DNA of 64,000 nucleotides from an uncultured Lachnospiraceae bacterium. GTDB lineage: Bacteria > Bacillota > Clostridia > Lachnospirales > Lachnospiraceae. The DNA lies in NCBI GenBank assembly GCA_902785635.1, contig CACZZH010000001.1, forward strand, positions 14,229-78,228, in the 5' to 3' direction. Shown here piece after piece: positions 34,567 through 44,890 of this stretch. The position numbers were made by a program, and so were the translations under genes. Position 1 is the stretch's first letter. Each line of letters begins with the position of its first letter. The notes beneath the pieces were generated by a model, which did no database searches, was not told the origin of the DNA, and saw only the letters and a program-made list of their open reading frames with translations.

Positions 34567-35634
34567 CTACCTCGTGCGCAGGAAGGTCAGTTCTTTTCTC
34601 CCGTTTTCATCTCCCGGATACAGCTCACAGTAAGCTTCTGCCTTCACCAGTGCAGAGGCAAAATCCAGTTTTCGCTCATACGCAACGATCTCGTTATAGC
34701 GCAGCTGCTGCTTTCCGTCTTCCTCTTCCAGAGCCAGGCCGCTCTCGATCCATCCGATCGCTTCGTCATAGCTGCCTTCCGCGATCGCACACAGGGCAAG
34801 GCCATTGTATCCCGAAGGATTCTGTCCGTCCCGGTCCAGCACAGACTGGTACATTGCACGGGCATGGGCGTAGTCTCCAAGCCGCAGATACACCTCTCCG
34901 AGAAGCCGCATGGACGGAAGGTATCCGTCTTCGGCGGAAGCCATGAGCGCCTCCCTGGCCTGGTCATACTGTTCCAGATAAAAATAGATGCGTCCTACCT
35001 CATATTGATCTTCATTGGTCTTCGCAACGAACCCGAGCGCTGTCTGCAGATATTCATCCCCGATTCCGGTCAGGTTATGCTCCTCATAGCACTCATAGAT
35101 CCGCAGATACATCGCATAGTCCCCGGAAGAAAGACGGGCTGCCTTGTCAAAATTTTCCCTCGCACTGTCCCGGTCACCCTGAGCCAGCTGCGATGCGGCC
35201 AGGAGGAAATACAGTTCCGGCGCTTCCTTCTCACCGAGCAGTGAAAGACAGGCATTCACAACCTCTTCATATTCGCCCATACGGTACCATGCAGTCACCT
35301 GGTAAAAACGGATATCCCTTACGGTCTCCGGCATTTTTTCGTCCGCTGCATCCAGGGCAGCCTGAAATGCCGCGGCAGCCTCCTGATAACGTGCCTGACC
35401 CATCAGAGCTATGCCCATACCGCGATTCAGCACTACCGGATCCTCCATTGCGGCGGCAGCCTCCTGGAAGAATGCCATTGCTCCGGACAGATCATTGTTT
35501 TCCAGTGCTTCCATGCCGAGCCGGGTCTTTGCCCCACCCTCAGGCTTACGGGCACACCCGGTCATTAAAAGGCTGAACGCCAGAGCGCCCAGCCATAGGA
35601 AACGTTTCCATGTGAAACCAGATCCATTGTTCAT
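34567..35634 (-). CDS. TPR-repeat lipoprotein
   Basis: Lipobox LLMTGC. Repeated 34-aa TPR-like units (…YEEAAAAFQAAL…, …GDYAHARAMYQSVL…). Confidence 0.7.
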   Translation of the reverse strand: MNNGSGFTWKRFLWLGALAFSLLMTGCARKPEGGAKTRLGMEALENNDLSGAMAFFQEAAAAMEDPVVLNRGMGIALMGQARYQEAAAAFQAALDAADEKMPETVRDIRFYQVTAWYRMGEYEEVVNACLSLLGEKEAPELYFLLAASQLAQGDRDSARENFDKAARLSSGDYAMYLRIYECYEEHNLTGIGDEYLQTALGFVAKTNEDQYEVGRIYFYLEQYDQAREALMASAEDGYLPSMRLLGEVYLRLGDYAHARAMYQSVLDRDGQNPSGYNGLALCAIAEGSYDEAIGWIESGLALEEEDGKQQLRYNEIVAYERKLDFASALVKAEAYCELYPGDENGRKELTFLRTR

Positions 35635-35637
35635 ACT

Positions 35638-36102
35638 TTACTCCTGTGCTGCCTTCAGTTCCTGTGTGGCTTCGATCTCCATGATCATATCGACCCTGGT
35701 CTGATGCCTTCCCCCGAGGAACTTTGCGTTCAGCCATTCATCTACGATCATTTTCGCCAGATCCGGCCCGACCACTCTTGCGCCGAATGCCAGAATATTA
35801 CTGTTATTATGCTCTCTGGACATTTTGGCTGTATAAGGCTCGCTGCACACGCAGCACCGTATGCCTTTCACTTTATTTGCCGCCAGAGAGATGCCTACGC
35901 CGGTACCGCAGATCAGGATCCCCAGATCTGCTTCGCCCGCTGCTACCATTTTGGCTACCCGGTAGCCGCTGACCGGATAATGGAAACTGGTCTCCTGATC
36001 CGTTCCCACATTGATCATCTCATATCCCTTTTCCTGAAGATATGCCAGAATCTCTTTCTTTAATGCCACCGCTGCATGGTCATTTCCGATTGCAATTTTC
36101 AT
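35638..36102 (-). CDS. rpiB: Ribose-5-phosphate isomerase B
   Basis: MKIAIGNDHAA…GILICGTGVGISLAANK…RCCVCSEPYTAKMSREHNNSNILAFGARV. Confidence 0.9.
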   Translation of the reverse strand: MKIAIGNDHAAVALKKEILAYLQEKGYEMINVGTDQETSFHYPVSGYRVAKMVAAGEADLGILICGTGVGISLAANKVKGIRCCVCSEPYTAKMSREHNNSNILAFGARVVGPDLAKMIVDEWLNAKFLGGRHQTRVDMIMEIEATQELKAAQE

Positions 36103-36737
36103 TTTTCTTCCCCCTCTGCTTTAAACCGGATATCGATATACCTGCGGATCGCATCTACACAGCCCTGGAAGCCCAGCTTCTCACTGTTCAGACACAGATC
36201 GTAGTTACGGGCATCCGACCATTCATGCCCGGTATAATAACGGTAATAGTCCCCGCGATACCGGTCGGTCCTGGCAATGAACTTATCCACATCCTTCGGA
36301 CTCTGGGAACCGCGCTCGATCGCCTGGACTCTGCAGTATTCCGGTGAAGCGTGAATAAATACACTCACCACATTTTCATAATCCTTCAGTATATAATCCG
36401 CGCATCTTCCGATAATGACGCAGGATTCGGTCTCGGCAAGACCTTTGATCACTTTTGCCTGATAGTTGAACAGGTTCTGATTGGAAAGGAAATCCTCACT
36501 CTCCGGGGGGATCAGTTCTCCTTTATACTCACGTTTCATGATCCCGAAAAGTGTCGTTTTTTTCAGGCGCTCATCCACCTGGTTAAAGAGAGTTTCATTG
36601 ATGCCGCTGTCTTCGGAAGCAAGTTTCAGAATCTCTCTGTTATAAACATTGATTCCCAATTCCTTTGCAAGCATGCCGCCGATGGTTTTTCCGCCGCTTC
36701 CGTACTGTCTCGCAATTGTAACTACAATATTATTCAT
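36099..36737 (-). CDS. Cytidylate-kinase-like family P-loop protein
   Basis: ITIARQYGSGG P-loop variant typical of this family. 4-nt ATGA overlap with rpiB. Confidence 0.7.
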   Translation of the reverse strand: MNNIVVTIARQYGSGGKTIGGMLAKELGINVYNREILKLASEDSGINETLFNQVDERLKKTTLFGIMKREYKGELIPPESEDFLSNQNLFNYQAKVIKGLAETESCVIIGRCADYILKDYENVVSVFIHASPEYCRVQAIERGSQSPKDVDKFIARTDRYRGDYYRYYTGHEWSDARNYDLCLNSEKLGFQGCVDAIRRYIDIRFKAEGEEK

Positions 36738-36769
36738 CCCAAATCCTCCCTTCTGTCCCCTTTGAATAA

Positions 36770-36794
36770 CTGCCCGGTATCGTACTGCCCGGTA
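36770..36794. repeat. Direct repeat CTGCCCGGTA x2 (15-bp period) in an intergenic region
   Basis: ctgcccggta at 36770 and again at 36785, between the livF stop and the start of the cmk-like gene. Confidence 0.6.
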
Positions 36795-36824
36795 CAGTTA
36801 CAATGCAGTTTTGCATGCAGATTC

Positions 36825-37535
36825 CTATTCACCCAGATACGCTTTCCGGATCGAATCGTCATTCATCAGTTCCTTTGCATCACCCGACGAAGCGATACTG
36901 CCTGTCTCCAGTACATAAGCCCGGTTTGCGATCATCAATGCCTTTTTTGCATTCTGCTCTACCAGAAGCACTGTCGTCCCGCTCTCATTTACGCTCCGAA
37001 TGATATCGAAGATCTCATTTACCAGAATCGGAGAAAGACCCATGGAAGGTTCATCCATCAAAATGATCTTCGGATGAGACATCAGCGCTCTTCCCATGGC
37101 CAGCATCTGCTGTTCCCCTCCGGAAAGCGTACCTGCAGGCTGGTTCTTCCGCTCCCGAAGCCTCGGAAAACGTTTGTACACCAGTTCCAGTGTAGCCTCA
37201 ACTTCGCTTTTATCACTGCGGGTAAATGCACCCATTTTCAGGTTCTGAAGCACACTCATCTGAGAGAATACCCGGCGGCCTTCCGGTACCTGGGCCATGC
37301 CCAGACTCACTACCTTATGTGCAGGTATGCGGGTGAGATCCGTGTTTTCAAACAGGATATGGCCGGTCTTCGGTGCGATCAGACCGCTGATGGTATGCAG
37401 AATCGTCGTCTTTCCGGCCCCGTTCGCTCCGATCAGGGCTATGATCTCTCCCTCGTTTACTTCGAAGGACACATCCCTGATGGCATGAATCATGCCATAA
37501 TATACATTCAGATCTTTTACTTCCAGCATTGCCAT
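36825..37535 (-). CDS. livF: Branched-chain amino-acid ABC transporter ATP-binding protein
   Basis: GANGAGKTT, LSGGEQQML, and LivF-like ~236-aa length in a livHMGF gene order. Confidence 0.9.
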   Translation of the reverse strand: MAMLEVKDLNVYYGMIHAIRDVSFEVNEGEIIALIGANGAGKTTILHTISGLIAPKTGHILFENTDLTRIPAHKVVSLGMAQVPEGRRVFSQMSVLQNLKMGAFTRSDKSEVEATLELVYKRFPRLRERKNQPAGTLSGGEQQMLAMGRALMSHPKIILMDEPSMGLSPILVNEIFDIIRSVNESGTTVLLVEQNAKKALMIANRAYVLETGSIASSGDAKELMNDDSIRKAYLGE

Positions 37536-37539
37536 CGCA

Positions 37540-38298
37540 TTATTCCCCCAGATATGCAGTGATCACCTGCGGTTCGGCAAGCACTGTGGAGGTTTCTCCC
37601 TGTGCAAGCACCTCACCGAAGTTCAGCACTGTCAGTTCTTCGCAGATACCGGATACCAGCTTCATGTCATGCTCGATCAGGAGGATCGTCATGTCAAACT
37701 GATCCCTGACCAGGCGTATCATATCCATCAATGCCTGCGTCTCCTGCGGATTCATTCCGGCTGCAGGCTCATCCAGCAGCAGGAGCTTCGGATCCGTGGC
37801 AAGAGCTCTCGCGATCTCAAGCTTGCGCTGTTTTCCGTAAGGAAGATTGGATGCCAGATGCTCTGCTTCCTGGTCCAGTTCGAAGACCTTCAGCAGCTGC
37901 ATGGCTTTCTCATCCATCTCACGCTCCGCCCTGCGCCATGATCCCGTGTGCAGAATACCCGCAACAGCGGAATATGTATGATGATTGTGCATACCGGCCT
38001 TTACATTATCCAGGACCGAGAGTTTTCCGAACAGGCGGATATTCTGGAATGTCCGCGCAATACCCTCCTTGCTGATATCGATCGTCCTTTTTCCGGTGAT
38101 ATCCTTGCCGTCCAGGAAGATCACACCGCTGTCCGGACGGTATACTCCGGTAAGCAGATTGAATACCGTTGTTTTTCCTGCTCCGTTCGGGCCGATCAGC
38201 CCATAAAGCTCACCCTTCTCGATCGTAAGGTTGAACTCATTTACCGCCCGAAGTCCTCCGAAGGAGATCCCCAGGTTTTTCACTTCCAGTATTGCCAT
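37540..38298 (-). CDS. livG: Branched-chain amino-acid ABC transporter ATP-binding protein
   Basis: GPNGAGKTT, LPYGKQRKLEIARAL, LLLDEPAAG. Confidence 0.9.
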   Translation of the reverse strand: MAILEVKNLGISFGGLRAVNEFNLTIEKGELYGLIGPNGAGKTTVFNLLTGVYRPDSGVIFLDGKDITGKRTIDISKEGIARTFQNIRLFGKLSVLDNVKAGMHNHHTYSAVAGILHTGSWRRAEREMDEKAMQLLKVFELDQEAEHLASNLPYGKQRKLEIARALATDPKLLLLDEPAAGMNPQETQALMDMIRLVRDQFDMTILLIEHDMKLVSGICEELTVLNFGEVLAQGETSTVLAEPQVITAYLGE

Positions 38299-38301
38299 CC
38301 C

Positions 38302-39396
38302 TCAGCCCTCCTTCGATTCTTTACGCCTGCCAAACAGGGCATTGCGTTTCTCCACCATCTTCGGGCTCCAGGTCATCACCATGATCAGGATCAGGACGAT
38401 GGCGTAGATCAGCATACGGTTGTCGCTGAGGAACTGCAGCACAGGACTGTCTCCCATCAGCTGGAATTTTCTCAGGAAATAATCCAGCACCAGATTCAAC
38501 ACTACCGGTGCGATCACGCTGCCGCGGATATTTCCGATGCCGCCCATAACGACATATACCAGAATCATGATGGACATATTGTAACCGAAATTCTTGGAGG
38601 TGGCGGTCAGTGTGGCCAGGTTATGTGCGTACAGCACTCCTCCGGCTCCTGCCAGTGCTGCGGATACAGTGAACGCCATCAGCTTGTATTTCGTGATATT
38701 GATGCCGATGGACTCTGCAGCGATCCGGTTGTCGCGAATCGCCATGATCGCACGCCCGTCCCGAGACTGAATCAGCCGCAGGACAATGAACAGCGTGAGC
38801 AGCACGAGAATCGTGCCAAGTATGAACGTAGAATCCCGGGAGATCCCGGAGATCCCCTGCGGGCCGTTTACCAGCACTTCACCGCCCTCGCCCAGATGAA
38901 GCGAGAGTGAATCCTTCATGGAAAAATGTATCCCCTCACTGTCTCTGCCGATAAAAAGAACATTTACAAGATTTTTGATGATCTCACCGAATGCCAGCGT
39001 TACTATGGCGAGATAGTCACCGCGCAGGCGCAGCACCGGGATTCCGATGAGAATACCGAACAGTGCGGCGAACGCCGACCCGATCAGAAGGGCCAGAAGG
39101 AAACGGACCAGCGAATTGGTGATCGTTCCCTGGACACACTTTGAGAAAAAAGCACTTGCAAAAGCACCTACACACATAAAACCCGCATGTCCCAGACTGA
39201 GCTCTCCCAGAATTCCGACGGTAAGATTTAATGAAACTGCCAGAACCACATAATAGCAGAACGGAATCAGAAGTCCCGACAATGAACTGGACAGCTTTCC
39301 TGTCATTGCGAGAGGCTGCATTACTGCAAAGAATGCCAGAACAATACCGTAAGTGATCGCATTCTGCCTGGCAGTGCGGCTTATTGTCTTTTTCAT
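38302..39396 (-). CDS. livM: Branched-chain amino-acid ABC transporter permease
   Basis: LivM-like polytopic protein (LSLGHAGFMCVGAF, GDYLAIVTLAFGEI). ATG at 39396 is 8 nt after GAGGAGG. Confidence 0.85.
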   Translation of the reverse strand: MKKTISRTARQNAITYGIVLAFFAVMQPLAMTGKLSSSLSGLLIPFCYYVVLAVSLNLTVGILGELSLGHAGFMCVGAFASAFFSKCVQGTITNSLVRFLLALLIGSAFAALFGILIGIPVLRLRGDYLAIVTLAFGEIIKNLVNVLFIGRDSEGIHFSMKDSLSLHLGEGGEVLVNGPQGISGISRDSTFILGTILVLLTLFIVLRLIQSRDGRAIMAIRDNRIAAESIGINITKYKLMAFTVSAALAGAGGVLYAHNLATLTATSKNFGYNMSIMILVYVVMGGIGNIRGSVIAPVVLNLVLDYFLRKFQLMGDSPVLQFLSDNRMLIYAIVLILIMVMTWSPKMVEKRNALFGRRKESKEG

Positions 39397-39409
39397 CCCT
39401 TGCACCTCC

Positions 39410-40294
39410 TCATACCTTCTCCCGGATGGGCTTTCCGAGTATGCCGGTAGGCTTCACCAGCAGAACAATGATCAGAACCGCAAAAACGATCGCATCCGCC
39501 ATCTGGGAGGAAATGTAGGCTTTTCCGAAGATCTCGATGATTCCGAGAAGAATACCGCCGATCATGGCACCGGGAATGGACCCGATCCCGCCGAATACAG
39601 CCGCCACAAAGGCCTTTATGCCTGGCATTGAACCTGTATAAGGCGTCAGGGAAGGATAAGCGGAACACAGCAGTACACCGGCGATCGCCGCAAGGGAAGA
39701 ACCGATCGCAAAGGTAAGGGCGATCGTCCCGTTCACATTGATGCCCATCAGCTTTGCCGCACCCTGATCCTCGGAAACAGCCAGCATTGCCTGTCCGGGC
39801 TTTGTGCGGTTGATGAACAGACTCAGCCCCACCACGATCAGAATGGAAGCCAGGATCGTAACGATCGTCTCTCCGCTGATCGTGATCTGTCCGCCTGCCA
39901 GCTTCAGCGGGGAGAGCGGCACTACCGTGGAGAAAGACTTGGTATTAGACCCAAAGATCAGCAAAGCAAGATTCTGCAGCAGATAACTGACGCCAATGGC
40001 TGTGATCAGCACCGCCAGAGGGGAAGCAGCTCCGCGCAGGGGACGATATGCGACACGTTCGATCACAACGCCGAGCACCGTACACACTGCCATGGAAAGA
40101 AGAATCGCCGGCAGTGCCGGAAGCCCTGAAGAGGACATGGCTACGAAAACCGTGTATGCTCCGACCATAATGACATCACCATGCGCAAAGTTCAGCATCT
40201 TTGCAATGCCGTATACCATGGTGTAGCCCAGCGCAATGATCGCATATACGCTTCCAAGGCTTATCCCGCTGATCAGGTAGTTAAGAAATGTCAT
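39410..40294 (-). CDS. livH: Branched-chain amino-acid ABC transporter permease
   Basis: LivH-like (YAIIALGYTMVYGIAKMLNFAHGD…). Confidence 0.85.
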   Translation of the reverse strand: MTFLNYLISGISLGSVYAIIALGYTMVYGIAKMLNFAHGDVIMVGAYTVFVAMSSSGLPALPAILLSMAVCTVLGVVIERVAYRPLRGAASPLAVLITAIGVSYLLQNLALLIFGSNTKSFSTVVPLSPLKLAGGQITISGETIVTILASILIVVGLSLFINRTKPGQAMLAVSEDQGAAKLMGINVNGTIALTFAIGSSLAAIAGVLLCSAYPSLTPYTGSMPGIKAFVAAVFGGIGSIPGAMIGGILLGIIEIFGKAYISSQMADAIVFAVLIIVLLVKPTGILGKPIREKV

Positions 40295-40384
40295 GTTGCA
40301 CCTCTCGAAATATATATATCTTGTTTACAATAAGTATAGCACGAAACAACATATGCGTACAGAACGAAACAGGACATGCATACA

Positions 40385-40419
40385 GAAAAAACGGGGCTGT
40401 CGGCCAATGGACAGCCCCG
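40385..40419 (-). terminator. Rho-independent terminator between the binding-protein gene and livH
   Basis: On the minus strand: GGGGCTGTC-8 nt-GACAGCCCC followed by GTTTTTTCTG. Confidence 0.7.
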
Positions 40420-40535
40420 AAGCACTTCGGATCAACATATGACCCGAGGGTCACTTAATTCAGGTTCAGCTTTTCCCCCGCCTGCAGAAGAGGGGGACAT
40501 TCCCCTTCCAGGCTGTGATCCTGCAGAAAGAATGA

Positions 40536-41675
40536 TCACTCCATGGGAGCATAAACACCATTCTCGATCACCATAGCCTTGGGATCCTTGGTGGGCTCGC
40601 CGTTCTCATCCCATGTGCAGCCTGCACCGGTAAGACCATCGAACGTGATGCTGGTCATGCCGGCCTTGAGGCCTTCACAAATATCAGATATGGACATATC
40701 CGGATTCAGGTCAGAAGCCTCTGCTGCAGCCTTGATGGCATACAGTCCGTCGTAAGCATCTGCTGCGAACTGGTTCGGGATACCGCCGTACAGCTCTTCA
40801 AACTTGGAAACAAAGTTCTGGGTAAGCTCATCCTCTGCGGAAGCAACGAACGGAGTAAGAAGCATAACGCCTTCTGCCAGGGTCGTGTCAAAGCCTTCCA
40901 CATCCAGGATGCCATCCATGCCGTCCACACCGAAGAAGGTGGGAGCATATTCCATAGCAGCTGCCTGCGTAAGGATCAGGGAAGCCTCGGTGTAATAGAT
41001 CGGAAGGAATACCAGATCCGCTCCGGCTTCTTTTGCCTTCTGCAGCTGTACGGAGAAATCGGTCTTGGAATCCTCTGTGAATGCTTCAACAGAAACAACT
41101 TCAAATCCCTGACTCTCCGCTTCGGTTACGAAGGTCTCGTAGATACCGGTGGAGTAAACATCAGAACTGTTGTAGATAATTGCAACTTTCTCAGCCAGTC
41201 CGTGCTCACCGATATACAGTGCACTCATGGTACCCTGTGCAGGATCCGTGAAGCATACGCGGAAAGCATTGGCGCCTGCTGCGCATTCCTGAGCGGATCC
41301 GGACGGTGTGATCTGGAACATATTGTCATTCAGAGTCTCTGCAGCAACTGCAATACAGGGAGTGGAAGTTACTGTACCTTCCAGGATCTGCATTCCCCAG
41401 TCCTTCAGAGTATTATATGCATTGACTGCCTTCTCAGCATCATGCTCATCATCCTGGAAATTGATCTCGACCTGATAACCGTTGATGCCGCCGGCCTCGT
41501 TGATCTCGTCTGCAGCGATCTGCATGGCATTGGCAACAGCCTGACCGTAAACTGCAGCTCCGCCGGTGGTGGGGCCAATGCCTCCGACCTTCCAGGTATC
41601 AGCCGCAAAAGCGGATGTTGAAAGAACCATCGTTCCTGCAAGCACGCAGCTGGCAATCTTCGCAAATTTGTTCAT
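40536..41675 (-). CDS. Branched-chain amino-acid ABC substrate-binding protein (LivJ/K-like)
   Basis: Signal peptide from the ATG at 41675, after AGAGGAGGA. Type-I periplasmic-binding-protein fold sequence (GGIGPTTGGAAVYG…). Confidence 0.85.
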   Translation of the reverse strand: MNKFAKIASCVLAGTMVLSTSAFAADTWKVGGIGPTTGGAAVYGQAVANAMQIAADEINEAGGINGYQVEINFQDDEHDAEKAVNAYNTLKDWGMQILEGTVTSTPCIAVAAETLNDNMFQITPSGSAQECAAGANAFRVCFTDPAQGTMSALYIGEHGLAEKVAIIYNSSDVYSTGIYETFVTEAESQGFEVVSVEAFTEDSKTDFSVQLQKAKEAGADLVFLPIYYTEASLILTQAAAMEYAPTFFGVDGMDGILDVEGFDTTLAEGVMLLTPFVASAEDELTQNFVSKFEELYGGIPNQFAADAYDGLYAIKAAAEASDLNPDMSISDICEGLKAGMTSITFDGLTGAGCTWDENGEPTKDPKAMVIENGVYAPME

Positions 41676-41922
41676 AATATTCCTCCTCTTCTGCAGGGCG
41701 GCCTGTTTGGCTGCGCGTACCGCAAAAAACTTGCGGTATACAGCTGCTTTCCCAAAATTTTTCGGAAAGCGGCCGTCCAATCAAAAATGATGTCCTCATC
41801 ATACGCTTGATTCTACGGGAAGTCAATGCGTTTTAGCGATAAAGCGCCGTAATTTTTACGGAAATACTCGTCTTCTGCGCATATTCATTATCACGCATCC
41901 CTGCCCGAAACCGCGCGGCCTG

Positions 41923-43362
41923 TTAATATGCCTTGCCCCAGTATACCAGTGTTTTTGCGGGTTTTCCGCAGTATACGCAGGTATCCGAAAGGGTTTCCTG
42001 AGCAAACGGCATGCAGCGGCTCGTCACGCCGTATTCTTCCTTGATCGCATCCTCGCACTCACGGCATCCGCACCACATAGCCCTTATAAAGCCATGCTTA
42101 TTTTCCGCAGCATCCGCGAACTCCTCTTTTGTCGGTGCATCATAGGTATGCTCATCCCTGTGTGCCTTCGCTTTCGCGAACAGATCCGCCTGCTCCTGCT
42201 CCAGAACCTTTTTGACGGTTCCGGCGAGATCACCGATGGATGAGACCGTCTTCTCACGGTTATCCCTGCGTACGATCACTGCCTGACCTGCTTCGATATC
42301 CTTCGGTCCGATCTCGATACGGCACGGGATACCGCGCATCTCCTGCTCAGAGAATTTCCATCCCGGGCTCTTGTCGGAATCATCCAGGCGGGCACGAAGT
42401 CCTGCAGCCTTAAGCATGTCCAGAATCTCACGGGCTTTCTCCAGAACGCCCTCTTTCTTCTGCTGGATAGGCACGACCATCACCTGGACCGGGGCGATCC
42501 TGGGCGGAAGCACCAGGCCGCTATTGTCGCCGTGGACCATGATTATGGCACCGATCATACGGGTCGTCATTCCCCAGGAAGTCTGATAAGCATATTTCAG
42601 CTTGTTGTCACGGTCGGTAAACTGAATCCCGTATGCCTGGGCAAATTTATCCCCAAAATTGTGGCTGGTACCGGATTGAAGTGCCTGTCCGTCATGCATC
42701 AGGGACTCGATCGTGTAAGTGGCTACCGCTCCGGCAAATTTTTCTTTGTCGGTCTTCTTGCCGCGCACCACCGGAATCGCAAGCACTTCTTCGCAGAAAT
42801 CCGCATATACATTGAGCATCTGTTCCGTACGTTCCTGCGCTTCCTCAGCAGTTGCATGGACCGTGTGTCCTTCCTGCCACAGGAATTCCCTGGAGCGAAG
42901 GAACGGGCGGGTCGTCTTTTCCCAGCGGACCACCGAGCACCACTGATTATATACCTTCGGAAGATCACGGTAGGAATGCACATCATTCTTATAGAAATCA
43001 CTGAACAGCGTCTCGGAGGTAGGTCTTACGCAAAGTCTCTCCTGCAGAGGTTCCAGTCCGCCCTGCGTGACCCATGCCACTTCCGGCGCAAAGCCTTCCA
43101 CCAGTTCGGATTCCTTTCGCAGAAGATTCTCCGGGATAAACAGAGGAAGGTATACATTCTCCACTCCGGTCTCCTTAAAGCGGCGGTCCAGTTCAGCCTG
43201 GATGTTCTCCCAGATCGCATAGCCGGCCGGCTTGATGACCATACATCCCTTAACGCTGGTATAATCGATCAGCTCTGCCTTTTTCACTACATCCGTATAC
43301 CACTGGGCGAAATCCTTCTCCATGGAAGTGATCTGTTCGACCAGCTTTTTGTCGTTTGCCAT
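41923..43362 (-). CDS. proS: Proline--tRNA ligase (archaeal/eukaryote-like type with C-terminal Zn domain)
   Basis: FAQWYTDVV…[14 protein letters not shown], class II motifs, C-terminal Cys cluster, terminal …YWGKAY. Confidence 0.9.
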   Translation of the reverse strand: MANDKKLVEQITSMEKDFAQWYTDVVKKAELIDYTSVKGCMVIKPAGYAIWENIQAELDRRFKETGVENVYLPLFIPENLLRKESELVEGFAPEVAWVTQGGLEPLQERLCVRPTSETLFSDFYKNDVHSYRDLPKVYNQWCSVVRWEKTTRPFLRSREFLWQEGHTVHATAEEAQERTEQMLNVYADFCEEVLAIPVVRGKKTDKEKFAGAVATYTIESLMHDGQALQSGTSHNFGDKFAQAYGIQFTDRDNKLKYAYQTSWGMTTRMIGAIIMVHGDNSGLVLPPRIAPVQVMVVPIQQKKEGVLEKAREILDMLKAAGLRARLDDSDKSPGWKFSEQEMRGIPCRIEIGPKDIEAGQAVIVRRDNREKTVSSIGDLAGTVKKVLEQEQADLFAKAKAHRDEHTYDAPTKEEFADAAENKHGFIRAMWCGCRECEDAIKEEYGVTSRCMPFAQETLSDTCVYCGKPAKTLVYWGKAY

Positions 43363-43467
43363 ATGCTTTTCTCCTCGTTCTGTAAAAATGATGTCACCAA
43401 AACCCGATCATCCGCCGCTTTTAAAGGTGTGGCCTGCCTGACTGGGTCGAAACAGCCTTTTCTAGCA

Positions 43468-43496
43468 AGTGTAACCTTGAGCGTTTTTTGTGTCAA
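43468..43496 (-). promoter_or_regulatory. Candidate sigma-A promoter for proS
   Basis: TTGACA-17 nt-TACACT on the minus strand, overlapping the fumC stop codon. Confidence 0.4.
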
Positions 43497-44869
43497 GCCA
43501 TTTCTTCCGGGCGGAAAACCTCGTCAAAGCGCTCCGGAGACAAAAAGCCGAGTTTTACGCAGGCCTCCTTCAGGGAAATATTCTCCCGGAACGCAAGATG
43601 AGCTGTCTTTGCGGCATTCTCATATCCGATATAAGGATTCAGTGCCGTGACCAGCATCAGGGAATTATACAGATTATGGCGCATTTTTGCCCGGTCAGCC
43701 TCGATGCCCTTCACACAGTTCTTCGTAAAGGAAAGGATCGATTCGGAGAGCAGTCTGGCCGACTGCAGGAAATTGTAGGCTATCACCGGCATGAATACAT
43801 TCAGCTCAAAATTGCCCTGGGATGCTGCCATGGAAATGGCTGTATCATTTCCCATCACCTGTACTGCCACCATTGTCACCTGTTCGCACTGAGTCGGATT
43901 GACCTTTCCGGGCATGATAGATGATCCGGGTTCATTCTCCGGAATCCGGATCTCTCCCAGTCCGCAGCGCGGGCCGGAGGAAAGCCAGCGGACGTCATTT
44001 GCGATCTTCATCATATCCGCTGCCAGCGCTTTTACAGCTCCGTGGGCAAACACGATCTCGTCCTTGCTGGTCAGTGCATGAAACTTGTTGGGAGCGGTCA
44101 CGAAGGTCTTTCCCGTCAGTTCCGATGTTTTTTCGGCTACCAGCTGTGCAAACCCTTCCGGTGCATTCAGCCCCGTGCCTACCGCTGTTCCACCCAGAGC
44201 AAGTTCCCGGAGAGGTTCGACAGCCATGCTCAGCAGTGCGATGTCCTTTTCCACCGAAGAGCGCCAGCCGCTGATCTCCTGGGAGAAGCGGATCGGTACC
44301 GCATCCTGCAGGTGAGTCCGGCCTGATTTCACCACATCCCGGTTTTCCTCCTCCAGGCGCTCCAGCTCATCTGCAAGCTCCTGTGCAGCAGGAATCAGGC
44401 AGTCTTCCAGGATAAGAACGGCACTGATATGCATTGCGGTTGGAAAGGTGTCATTGGAGGACTGGCTCATGTTGATATCGTCATTCGGATGACACAGCTT
44501 CTTCCCTGCGAGCTCATTGGCACGGTTCGCGATCACTTCATTCGCATTCATATTGGACTGCGTGCCCGAGCCTGTCTGCCACACCACCAGCGGAAAATGG
44601 TCATTCAGTTTCCCGTCCGCCACTTCATCGCAGGCTGCACACACCGCGTCCAGCTTCTCCTGCGTCATTTTCTCAGGACGAAGCTCGTGGTTCGCCAGTG
44701 CCGCTGCCTTTTTCAAAATACCGAATGCATGTGTGATCTGGGAAGGCATCGTCTCGATTCCGACCCCGATCCGGAAATTTTCACGGCTCCGCTGTGTCTG
44801 TGCTGCCCAGTAACGGTCTGCCGGCACCCGGACCTCTCCCATTGAATCATGTTCTGTGCGATATTCCAT
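43493..44869 (-). CDS. fumC: Class II fumarate hydratase
   Basis: WAAQTQRS near the N-terminus and the signature GSSIMPGKVNPTQCE. Confidence 0.93.
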   Translation of the reverse strand: MEYRTEHDSMGEVRVPADRYWAAQTQRSRENFRIGVGIETMPSQITHAFGILKKAAALANHELRPEKMTQEKLDAVCAACDEVADGKLNDHFPLVVWQTGSGTQSNMNANEVIANRANELAGKKLCHPNDDINMSQSSNDTFPTAMHISAVLILEDCLIPAAQELADELERLEEENRDVVKSGRTHLQDAVPIRFSQEISGWRSSVEKDIALLSMAVEPLRELALGGTAVGTGLNAPEGFAQLVAEKTSELTGKTFVTAPNKFHALTSKDEIVFAHGAVKALAADMMKIANDVRWLSSGPRCGLGEIRIPENEPGSSIMPGKVNPTQCEQVTMVAVQVMGNDTAISMAASQGNFELNVFMPVIAYNFLQSARLLSESILSFTKNCVKGIEADRAKMRHNLYNSLMLVTALNPYIGYENAAKTAHLAFRENISLKEACVKLGFLSPERFDEVFRPEEMA

Positions 44870-44890
44870 TTTATCTCCTTTATGCAGGCC

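Noticed and set aside
33050-34633. 527-aa plus-strand ORF, with many similar long ORFs in the track (for example 5299..6222, 9566..10501, 11685..12701, 14113..15204, 15668..16675, 20484..21734, 22548..24200, 28317..29258, 30014..30922, 31669..32679, 36351..37562, 37948..38910, 42532..43650, 46455..47795, 49988..50992, 52304..53059, 60420..62315).
   Set aside because: Each lies antisense to a gene with clear family signatures (hflX, guaA, hisS, proS, galT and others). Their products are low-complexity, Arg/Ser/Cys/His-rich, lack ribosome-binding sites and show no recognisable motifs. They are typical shadow ORFs of mid/high-GC coding regions.
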